DNA of 64,000 bases from the human T2T-CHM13v2.0 reference genome, Homo sapiens. Within the stretch, counting starts at the first letter, position 1; each line of letters opens with the position of its first letter. The translations under genes and the position numbers were made by a program. The notes beneath the pieces were generated by a model. That model searched no databases. It was not told the origin of the DNA and saw only the letters and a list, made by a program, of their open reading frames with translations. Shown here one piece after another: positions 12,401-24,400 of the stretch. The stretch is from NCBI RefSeq assembly GCF_009914755.1, contig NC_060939.1; one strand, given 5' to 3'.

Positions 12401-15400
12401 TGTATAGTTTCTATATGAAGATATTGGCTTTTCCACAATATGCCTCAAATCTCCCCAATTATCCACTTGCAGATTCTAGAAAAAGAGTGTTTCAAAACAG
12501 CTCAATCAAAATAAACTTTCAACTCTGTGAGATCAATGCACACATCACAAAGAAGTTTCTCAGAATGCTTCTGTGTAGTTTTTTTTGTGAAGATATTTGA
12601 TTTTCCACAGCAGGCTTCCAAGCACTCCAAATATCCACTCGCAGATTCTGCAAAAAGAGAGATTCAAATCTGCTGAATCAAAAGATAGGTTTAACTCTGT
12701 GACTTCAATGCACACCTCACAAGGGTGTTTCTCAGAAAGCTTCTGTGTAGTTTTTATATGAAGATATCTCCTTCTCCAAAGCAGGTCTCAAAGCCCTCCA
12801 AATATTCACTTCAAGATTCTACGGAAAGATTGTCTCAACACTGCTAAATCTAAACAAATGTTCAACTCTGTGTGATGAATGCACTCATCACAGAGAAGTT
12901 TCTCTGAATGCCTCTGTGTAGTTTTTATTTGAAGATATTTGCTTTTCCAGTATAGGGCGAAATAGGGCTCCAAATATTCACTTGCAGATTCTACAAAAGG
13001 AGAGATTCCAAACTGCTCAATCAAAACATAGGTTCAACACTGTGAGTTGAATGCACACATCACAAAGAAGTTTCACAGAGTGCTTCTGGGTAGTTTTTAT
13101 TTGAGGATATTTCCCTTTCCACAATAGGCCTCAAAGCTTTCCAAATATCCACTTGCAGATTCTGCAAAAAGAGAGATACAAAACTGCTCTATCAAAAGAT
13201 AGATTCGACTCTGTGAGTTGAATGCCAACATCGCAAAGAAGTTTCTCAGAATGCTTCTCTGCAGCTTTTTTGTGAGTATGTTTCGTTTTCCACCATAGGG
13301 CGAAATGGGGCTCCAAATATCCACTTGCATTTCCTACAAAAAGAGAGATTCTAAGCTGCTCAATCAAAACATTGTTTCAACACGGTTAGTTGAATGCACA
13401 CATCCCAAAGATGTTTTTCAGAGTGCTTCTGTGTGGTTTTTATGTGAAGATACTTCCTTTTCCACAATAGGCCTCAAATCTCTGTAAATATCCACTTGCA
13501 GACTCTACAAAGAGTGTTTCCAAACTCCTCAATCATAAGATAGGTTCAACTCCGATAGTTGAATGCACACATCACAAAGAAGTTTCTCAGAAAGCTTCTG
13601 TGTAGTTTTTGATGAAGATATCTTCTTCTCTAAAACAGAACTCCAAGCCCTCCAAATATTCACTTCAAGATTCTACGGAAAGATTGTCTCAAACTGCTAA
13701 ATCAAAACAAAGGTTCAACTCTGTGTGATGAATGCATTCATCACAAAGAAGTTTCTCTGAGTGCTTCTGTGCAGTTTTTATTTGAAGATAATTGCTTTTC
13801 CAGTATAGGGCGAAATAGGGCTCCAAATATTCACTTGCAGATTCTACAGAAAGAGAGATTCCAAACTGCTCAATCAAAACATAGGTTCAACACTGTGAGT
13901 TGAATGCATACATCGCAAAGAAGTTTCACAGAGTACTTCTGGGTGGTTTTTATTTGAAGATATTTCCCTTTCCACAATAGGCCTCAAAGCTTTCCAAATG
14001 TCCACTTGCAGATTCCACCAAAAGAGTGTTTCGAAACTGCTCAATCAAAAGAAAGGTTCTACTCTGTGGGATGAATGCACACATCACAAAGTAGTTTCTC
14101 AGAATGCTTCTGTGTAGTTTTTATGTGAAGATATTTGTTTTTCCACAGTAGGCCCCAAAGAGCTCCAAATATTCACTTGCAGATTCTACAAAAAGAGTGT
14201 TCCAAAACTGCTCAATCATGAAATAGGATCAACCCTGTGAGATGAATGTACGTATGACAGAGAAGTTTCTCAGAATGCTTCTGTGTAGTTTTTATGCGAA
14301 GATATTCGATTTTCCACAGTACGCCTCAAAGTTCTCCAATTATCCACTCGTAGATTCTGCAAAAAGAGAGATTCAAAACTGCTCAATCAAAAGATAGTTT
14401 CTACTCCATTAGCTGAAAGACCACATCACAAAAAAAGTTTCTCAGGATGCTTCTGTGTAGTTTTTATGTGAAGATATTTGGTTTTCCACAGTAGGCCTCA
14501 AAGCGCTCCAAATATCCACTCACAGATTCTGCAAAAAGAGAGATTCAAAACTGCTGAATCAAAAGACAGTTTCAACTCTGTGACTTCAGTGCACACCTCA
14601 CAAGGATGTTTCTCAGAATGCTTCTGTGTAGTTTTCATATAAAGATATCTCCTTCTCCAAAATGGATCTCAAAGTTCTCCAAATATTCACTTCCAGATTC
14701 TATGGAAAGATTGTCTCAAAACTGCTCAATCAAACCAAAGGTTCAACTCTGTGAGATGAATGCCCACATCACAAAGAAGTTTCTCAGAGTACTTCTGTGT
14801 AGTTTCTATTTGAGGATAGTTCCTTTTCCACCACAGACCAGAAAGGGCTCCAAATATCCATTGCAGATGGTACAAAAAGTGAGATTCAAAACTGCTCAAT
14901 CCAAAGGTAGTTTCAACCATGTGATATGAATGCACACAGCACAGAGAATTTTCTCAAAATGCGTCTGTCTAGTTTTTATTTGAAGATATTTCCTTTTCTA
15001 CCATAGGCCACAAACGTCTCCAAATATCCACATGCAGCTTCTACAAAAAGAGAGATTCAAAACTTCTCAATCAAAAGATAGGTTCAACTCTGTGAGTTGA
15101 AAGCACACCTCACAAAGAAGTTTCTCAGAGTGCTTCTGTGTGTTTTTATGTGAAGATATTTCCTTTTCCACAATAGGCCTCAAAGCTCTCCAAATATCTG
15201 CGAGCAGAGTCTACAAAATGAGAGATTCAAAACTGCTCAATGAAAAGATAGGTTCAACTCTGTGAGTTGAATGCACACCTCCAAAGAAGTTTCTCAGAAT
15301 GCTTCCGTGTAGTTTTTATGTGAAGATATTTACTTTTCCACAGTTGTCCCAAAGCTCTAAAATGTCCACTTGCAGACCCTCCAAAAGAGTGTTTCAGAAT

Positions 15401-18400
15401 TGCTCAATCAAAGGGAAGGTTCAATTCTGTGTGACCAATGCACTCATCACAAAGAAGTTTGTCTGAATGCTTCTGTGTAGAATGGATTTGAAGATAATTC
15501 CTTTTCCACCACAGTCCGCAAAGGGCTAAAAATATCCACTTGCCGATTCCACAAAAAGAGAGATTCAAAACTGCTCAATCACAAGATAGGTTCAACTTGG
15601 TAATTGGAAAGCACACATGACAAACAATTTCTGAGAATGTTTCTGTGTAGTTTTTAAGGGAAGATATTTGATTTTCAAATGTAGGCCTCAAATCGCTCCA
15701 AATATCCACTTGCATATTGTACAAAAAGAGAGATTCAAAACTGGTCACTCAAAAGTTAGGTCCAGCTCTGTGAGCTGAATGCACACATCACAAAGATATT
15801 TCTCAGAAGGTTTCTGTATAGTTTCTATATGAAGATATTTGCTTTTCCACAATATGCCTCAAATCTCCCCAATTATCCACTTGCAGATTCTAGAAAAAGA
15901 GTGTTTCAAAACAGCTCAATCAAAATAAACTTTCAACTCTGTGAGATCAATGCACACATCACAAAGAAGTTTCTCAGAATGCTTCTGTGTAGTTTTTTTT
16001 GTGAAGATATTTGATTTTCCACAGCAGGCTTCCAAGCACTCCAAATATCCACTCGCAGATTCTGCAAAAAGAGAGATTCAAATCTGCTGAATCAAAAGAT
16101 AGGTTTAACTCTGTGACTTCAATGCACACCTCACAAGGGTGTTTCTCAGAAAGCTTCTGTGTAGTTTTTATATGAAGATATCTCCTTCTCCAAAGCAGGT
16201 CTCAAAGCCCTCCAAATATTCACTTCAAGATTCTACGGAAAGATTGTCTCAACACTGCTAAATCTAAACAAATGTTCAACTCTGTGTGATGAATGCACTC
16301 ATCACAGAGAAGTTTCTCTGAATGCCTCTGTGTAGTTTTTATTTGAAGATATTTGCTTTTCCAGTATAGGGCGAAATAGGGCTCCAAATATTCACTTGCA
16401 GATTCTACAAAAGGAGAGATTCCAAACTGCTCAATCAAAACATAGGTTCAACACTGTGAGTTGAATGCACACATCACAAAGAAGTTTCACAGAGTGCTTC
16501 TGGGTAGTTTTTATTTGAGGATATTTCCCTTTCCACAATAGGCCTCAAAGCTTTCCAAATATCCACTTGCAGATTCTGCAAAAAGAGAGATACAAAACTG
16601 CTCTATCAAAAGATAGATTCGACTCTGTGAGTTGAATGCCAACATCGCAAAGAAGTTTCTCAGAATGCTTCTCTGCAGCTTTTTTGTGAGTATGTTTCGT
16701 TTTCCACCATAGGGCGAAATGGGGCTCCAAATATCCACTTGCATTTCCTACAAAAAGAGAGATTCTAAGCTGCTCAATCAAAACATTGTTTCAACACGGT
16801 TAGTTGAATGCACACATCCCAAAGATGTTTTTCAGAGTGCTTCTGTGTGGTTTTTATGTGAAGATACTTCCTTTTCCACAATAGGCCTCAAATCTCTGTA
16901 AATATCCACTTGCAGACTCTACAAAGAGTGTTTCCAAACTGCTCAATCATAAGATAGGTTCAACTCCGATAGTTGAATGCACACATCACAAAGAAGTTTC
17001 TCAGAAAGCTTCTGTGTAGTTTTTGATGAAGATATCTTCTTCTCTAAAACAGAACTCCAAGCCCTCCAAATATTCACTTCAAGATTCTACGGAAAGATTG
17101 TCTCAAAACTCCTAAATCAAAACAAAGTTTCAACTCTGTGTCATGAATGCATTCATCTCAAAGAAGTTTCTCTGAATGCTTCTGTGCAGTTTTTATTTGA
17201 AGATAATTGCTTTTCCAGTATAGGGCGAAATAGGGCTCCAAATATTCACTTGCAGATTCTACAGAAAGAGAGATTCCAAACTGCTCAATCAAAACATAGG
17301 TTCAACACTGTGAGTTGAATGCATACATCGCAAAGAAGTTTCACAGAGTACTTCTGGGTGGTTTTTATTTGAAGATATTTCCCTTTCCACAATAGGCCTC
17401 AAAGCTTTCCAAATGTCCACTTGCAGATTCCACCAAAAGAGTGTTTCGAAACTGCTCAATCAAAAGAAAGGTTCTACTCTGTGGGATGAATGCACACATC
17501 ACAAAGTAGTTTCTCAGAATGCTTCTGTGTAGTTTTTATGTGAAGATATTTGTTTTTCCACAGTAGGCCCCAAAGAGCTCCAAATATTCACTTGCAGATT
17601 CTACAAAAAGAGTGTTCCAAAACTGCTCAATCATGAAATAGGATCAACCCTGTGAGATGAATGTACGTATGACAGAGAAGTTTCTCAGAATGCTTCTGTG
17701 TAGTTTTTATGCGAAGATATTCGATTTTCCACAGTACGCCTCAAAGTTCTCCAATTATCCACTCGTAGATTCTGCAAAAAGAGAGATTCAAAACTGCTCA
17801 ATCAAAAGATAGTTTCTACTCCATTAGCTGAAAGACCACATCACAAAAAAAGTTTCTCAGGATGCTTCTGTGTAGTTTTTATGTGAAGATATTTGGTTTT
17901 CCACAGTAGGCCTCAAAGCGCTCCAAATATCCACTCACAGATTCTGCAAAAAGAGAGATTCAAAACTGCTGAATCAAAAGACAGTTTCAACTCTGTGACT
18001 TCAGTGCACACCTCACAAGGATGTTTCTCAGAATGCTTCTGTGTAGTTTTCATATAAAGATATCTCCTTCTCCAAAATGGATCTCAAAGTTCTCCAAATA
18101 TTCACTTCCAGATTCTATGGAAAGATTGTCTCAAAACTGCTCAATCAAACCAAAGGTTCAACTCTGTGAGATGAATGCACACATCACAAAGAAGTTTCTC
18201 AGAGTACTTCTGTGTAGTTTCTATTTGAGGATAGTTCCTTTTCCACCACAGACCAGAAAGGGCTCCAAATATCCATTGCAGATGGTACAAAAAGTGGGAT
18301 TCAAAACTGCTCAATCCAAAGGTAGTTTCAACCATGTGATATGAATGCACACAGCACAGAGAATTTTCTCAAAATGCGTCTGTCTAGTTTTTATTTGAAG

Positions 18401-21400
18401 ATATTTCCTTTTCTACCATAGGCCACAAACGTCTCCAAATATCCACATGCAGCTTCTACAAAAAGAGAGATTCAAAACTTCTCAATCAAAAGATAGGTTC
18501 AACTCTGTGAGTTGAAAGCACACCTCACAAAGAAGTTTCTCAGAGTGCTTCTGTGTGTTTTTATGTGAAGATATTTCCTTTTCCACAATAGGCCTCAAAG
18601 CTCTCCAAATATCTGCGAGCAGAGTCTACAAAATGAGAGATTCAAAACTGCTCAATGAAAAGATAGGTTCAACTCTGTGAGTTGAATGCACACCTCCAAA
18701 GAAGTTTCTCAGAATGCTTCCGTGTAGTTTTTATGTGAAGATATTTACTTTTCCACAGTTGTCCCAAAGCTCTAAAATGTCCACTTGCAGACCCTCCAAA
18801 AGAGTGTTTCAGAATTGCTCAATCAAAGGGAAGGTTCAATTCTGTGTGACCAATGCACTCATCACAAAGAAGTTTGTCTGAATGCTTCTGTGTAGAATTG
18901 ATTTGAAGATAATTCCTTTTCCACCACAGTCCGCAAAGGGCTAAAAATATCCACTTGCCGATTCCACAAAAAGAGAGATTCAAAACTGCTCAATCACAAG
19001 ATAGGTTCAACTTGGTAATTGGAAAGCACACATGACAAACAATTTCTGAGAATGTTTCTGTGTAGTTTTTAAGGGAAGATATTTGATTTTCAAATGTAGG
19101 CCTCAAATCGCTCCAAATATCCACTTGCATATTGTACAAAAAGAGAGATTCAAAACTGGTCACTCAAAAGTTAGGTCCAGCTCTGTGAGCTGAATGCACA
19201 CATCACAAAGATGTTTCTCAGAAGGTTTCTGTATAGTTTTTATATGAAGATATTTGCTTTTCCACAATATGCCTCAAATCTCCCCAATTATCCACTTGCA
19301 GATTCTAGAAAAAGAGTGTTTCAAAACAGCTCAATCAAAATAAACTTTCAACTCTGTGAGATCAATGCACACATCACAAAGAAGTTTCTCAGAATGCTTC
19401 TGTGTAGTTTTTTTTGTGAAGATATTTGATTTTCCACAGCAGGCTTCCAAGCACTCCAAATATCCACTCGCAGATTCTGCAAAAAGAGAGATTCAAATCT
19501 GCTGAATCAAAAGATAGGTTTAACTCTGTGACTTCAATGCACACCTCACAAGGGTGTTTCTCAGAAAGCTTCTGTGTAGTTTTTATATGAAGATATCTCC
19601 TTCTCCAAAGCAGGTCTCAAAGCCCTCCAAATATTCACTTCAAGATTCTACGGAAAGATTGTCTCAACACTGCTAAATCTAAACAAATGTTCAACTCTGT
19701 GTGATGAATGCACTCATCACAGAGAAGTTTCTCTGAATGCCTCTGTGTAGTTTTTATTTGAAGATATTTGCTTTTCCAGTATAGGGCGAAATAGGGCTCC
19801 AAATATTCACTTGCAGATTCTACAAAAGGAGAGATTCCAAACTGCTCAATCAAAACATAGGTTCAACACTGTGAGTTGAATGCACACATCACAAAGAAGT
19901 TTCACAGAGTGCTTCTGGGTAGTTTTTATTTGAGGATATTTCCCTTTCCACAATAGGCCTCAAAGCTTTCCAAATATCCACTTGCAGATTCTGCAAAAAG
20001 AGAGATACAAAACTGCTCTATCAAAAGATAGATTCGACTCTGTGAGTTGAATGCCAACATCGCAAAGAAGTTTCTCAGAATGCTTCTCTGCAGCTTTTTT
20101 GTGAGTATGTTTCGTTTTCCACCATAGGGCGAAATGGGGCTCCAAATATCCACTTGCATTTCCTACAAAAAGAGAGATTCTAAGCTGCTCAATCAAAACA
20201 TTGTTTCAACACGGTTAGTTGAATGCACACATCCCAAAGATGTTTTTCAGAGTGCTTCTGTGTGGTTTTTATGTGAAGATACTTCCTTTTCCACAATAGG
20301 CCTCAAATCTCTGTAAATATCCACTTGCAGATTCTACAAAGAGTGTTTCCAAACTGCTCAATCATAAGATAGGTTCAACTCCGATAGTTGAATGCACACA
20401 TCACAAAGAAGTTTCTCGGAAAGCTTCTGTGTAGTTTTTGATGAAGATATCTCCTTCTCTAAAACAGAACTCCAAGCCCTCCAAATATTCACTTCAAGAT
20501 TCTACGGAAAGATTGTCTCAAACTGCTAAATCAAAACAAAGGTTCAACTCTGTGTGATGAATGCATTCATCACAAAGAAGTTTCTCTGAGTGCTTCTGTG
20601 CAGTTTTTATTTGAAGATAATTGCTTTTCCAGTATAGGGCGAAATAGGGCTCCAAATATTCACTTGCAGATTCTACAGAAAGAGAGATTCCAAACTGCTC
20701 AATCAAAACATAGGTTCAACACTGTGAGTTGAATGCATACATCGCAAAGAAGTTTCACAGAGTACTTCTGGGTGGTTTTTATTTGAAGATATTTCCCTTT
20801 CCACAATAGGCCTCAAAGCTTTCCAAATGTCCACTTGCAGATTCCACCAAAAGAGTGTTTCGAAACTGCTCAATCAAAAGAAAGGTTCTACTCTGTGGGA
20901 TGAATGCACACATCACAAAGTAGTTTCTCAGAATGCTTCTGTGTAGTTTTTATGTGAAGATATTTGTTTTTCCACAGTAGGCCCCAAGGAGCTCCAAATA
21001 TTCACTTGCAGATTCTACAAAAAGAGTGTTCCAAAACTGCTCAATCATGAAATAGGATCAACCCTGTGAGATGAATGTACGTATGACAGAGAAGTTTCTC
21101 AGAATGCTTCTGTGTAGTTTTTATGCGAAGATATTCGATTTTCCACAGTACGCCTCAAAGTTCTCCAATTATCCACTCGTAGATTCTGCAAAAAGAGAGA
21201 TTCAAAACTGCTCAATCAAAAGATAGTTTCTACTCCATTAGCTGAAAGACCACATCACAAAAAAAGTTTCTCAGGATGCTTCTGTGTAGTTTTTATGTGA
21301 AGATATTTGGTTTTCCACAGTAGGCCTCAAAGCGCTCCAAATATCCACTCACAGATTCTGCAAAAAGAGAGATTCAAAACTGCTGAATCAAAAGACAGTT

Positions 21401-24400
21401 TCAACTCTGTGACTTCAGTGCACACCTCACAAGGATGTTTCTCAGAATGCTTCTGTGTAGTTTTCATATAAAGATATCTCCTTCTCCAAAATGGATCTCA
21501 AAGTTCTCCAAATATTCACTTCCAGATTCTATGGAAAGATTGTCTCAAAACTGCTCAATCAAACCAAAGGTTCAACTCTGTGAGATGAATGCCCACATCA
21601 CAAAGAAGTTTCTCAGAGTACTTCTGTGTAGTTTCTATTTGAGGATAGTTCCTTTTCCACCACAGACCAGAAAGGGCTCCAAATATCCATTGCAGATGGT
21701 ACAAAAAGTGGGATTCAAAACTGCTCAATCCAAAGGTAGTTTCAACCATGTGATATGAATGCACACAGCACAGAGAATTTTCTCAAAATGCGTCTGTCTA
21801 GTTTTTATTTGAAGATATTTCCTTTTCTACCATAGGCCACAAACGTCTCCAAATATCCACATGCAGCTTCTACAAAAAGAGAGATTCAAAACTTCTCAAT
21901 CAAAAGATAGGTTCAACTCTGTGAGTTGAAAGCACACCTCACAGAGAAGTTTCTCAGAGTGCTTCTGTGTGTTTTTATGTGAAGATATTTCCTTTTCCAC
22001 AATAGGCCTCAAAGCTCTCCAAATATCTGCGAGCAGAGTCTACAAAATGAGAGATTCAAAACTGCTCAATGAAAAGATAGGTTCAACTCTGTGAGTTGAA
22101 TGCACACCTCCAAAGAAGTTTCTCAGAATGCTTCCGTGTAGTTTTTATGTGAAGATATTTACTTTTCCACAGTTGTCCCAAAGCTCTAAAATGTCCACTT
22201 GCAGACCCTCCAAAAGAGTGTTTCAGAATTGCTCAATCAAAGGGAAGGTTCAATTCTGTGTGACCAATGCACTCATCACAAAGAAGTTTGTCTGAATGCT
22301 TCTGTGTAGAATTGATTTGAAGATAATTCCTTTTCCACCACAGTCCGCAAAGGGCTAAAAATATCCACTTGCCGATTCCACAAAAAGAGAGATTCAAAAC
22401 TGCTCAATCACAAGATAGGTTCAACTTGGTAATTGGAAAGCACACATGACAAACAATTTCTGAGAATGTTTCTGTGTAGTTTTTAAGGGAAGATATTTGA
22501 TTTTCAAATGTAGGCCTCAAATCGCTCCAAATATCCACTTGCATATTGTACAAAAAGAGAGATTCAAAACTGGTCACTCAAAAGTTAGGTCCAGCTCTGT
22601 GAGCTGAATGCACACATCACAAAGATGTTTCTCAGAAGGTTTCTGTATAGTTTTTATATGAAGATATTTGCTTTTCCACAATATGCCTCAAATCTCCCCA
22701 ATTATCCACTTGCAGATTCTAGAAAAAGAGTGTTTCAAAACAGCTCAATCAAAATAAACTTTCAACTCTGTGAGATCAATGCACACATCACAAAGAAGTT
22801 TCTCAGAATGCTTCTGTGTAGTTTTTTTTGTGAAGATATTTGATTTTCCACAGCAGGCTTCCAAGCACTCCAAATATCCACTCGCAGATTCTGCAAAAAG
22901 AGAGATTCAAATCTGCTGAATCAAAAGATAGGTTTAACTCTGTGACTTCAATGCACACCTCACAAGGGTGTTTCTCAGAAAGCTTCTGTGTAGTTTTTAT
23001 ATGAAGATATCTCCTTCTCCAAAGCAGGTCTCAAAGCCCTCCAAATATTCACTTCAAGATTCTACGGAAAGATTGTCTCAACACTGCTAAATCTAAACAA
23101 ATGTTCAACTCTGTGTGATGAATGCACTCATCACAGAGAAGTTTCTCTGAATGCCTCTGTGTAGTTTTTATTTGAAGATATTTGCTTTTCCAGTATAGGG
23201 CGAAATAGGGCTCCAAATATTCACTTGCAGATTCTACAAAAGGAGAGATTCCAAACTGCTCAATCAAAACATAGGTTCAACACTGTGAGTTGAATGCACA
23301 CATCACAAAGAAGTTTCACAGAGTGCTTCTGGGTAGTTTTTATTTGAGGATATTTCCCTTTCCACAATAGGCCTCAAAGCTTTCCAAATATCCACTTGCA
23401 GATTCTGCAAAAAGAGAGATACAAAACTGCTCTATCAAAAGATAGATTCGACTCTGTGAGTTGAATGCCAACATCGCAAAGAAGTTTCTCAGAATGCTTC
23501 TCTGCAGCTTTTTTGTGAGTATGTTTCGTTTTCCACCATAGGGCGAAATGGGGCTCCAAATATCCACTTGCATTTCCTACAAAAAGAGAGATTCTAAGCT
23601 GCTCAATCAAAACATTGTTTCAACACGGTTAGTTGAATGCACACATCCCAAAGATGTTTTTCAGAGTGCTTCTGTGTGGTTTTTATGTGAAGATACTTCC
23701 TTTTCCACAATAGGCCTCAAATCTCTGTAAATATCCACTTGCAGACTCTACAAAGAGTGTTTCCAAACTGCTCAATCATAAGATAGGTTCAACTCCGATA
23801 GTTGAATGCACACATCACAAAGAAGTTTCTCAGAAAGCTTCTGTGTAGTTTTTGATGAAGATATCTTCTTCTCTAAAACAGAACTCCAAGCCCTCCAAAT
23901 ATTCACTTCAAGATTCTACGGAAAGATTGTCTCAAAACTCCTAAATCAAAACAAAGTTTCAACTCTGTGTCATGAATGCATTCATCTCAAAGAAGTTTCT
24001 CTGAATGCTTCTGTGCAGTTTTTATTTGAAGATAATTGCTTTTCCAGTATAGGGCGAAATAGGGCTCCAAATATTCACTTGCAGATTCTACAGAAAGAGA
24101 GATTCCAAACTGCTCAATCAAAACATAGGTTCAACACTGTGAGTTGAATGCATACATCGCAAAGAAGTTTCACAGAGTACTTCTGGGTGGTTTTTATTTG
24201 AAGATATTTCCCTTTCCACAATAGGCCTCAAAGCTTTCCAAATGTCCACTTGCAGATTCCACCAAAAGAGTGTTTCGAAACTGCTCAATCAAAAGAAAGG
24301 TTCTACTCTGTGGGATGAATGCACACATCACAAAGTAGTTTCTCAGAATGCTTCTGTGTAGTTTTTATGTGAAGATATTTGTTTTTCCACAGTAGGCCCC

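Noticed and set aside
16977-17318. 113-aa ORF found only in copies carrying the extra A
   Set aside because: It results from the 1-bp indel that fuses two frames, and it is broken by a stop in copy 12. There is no evidence of coding function.
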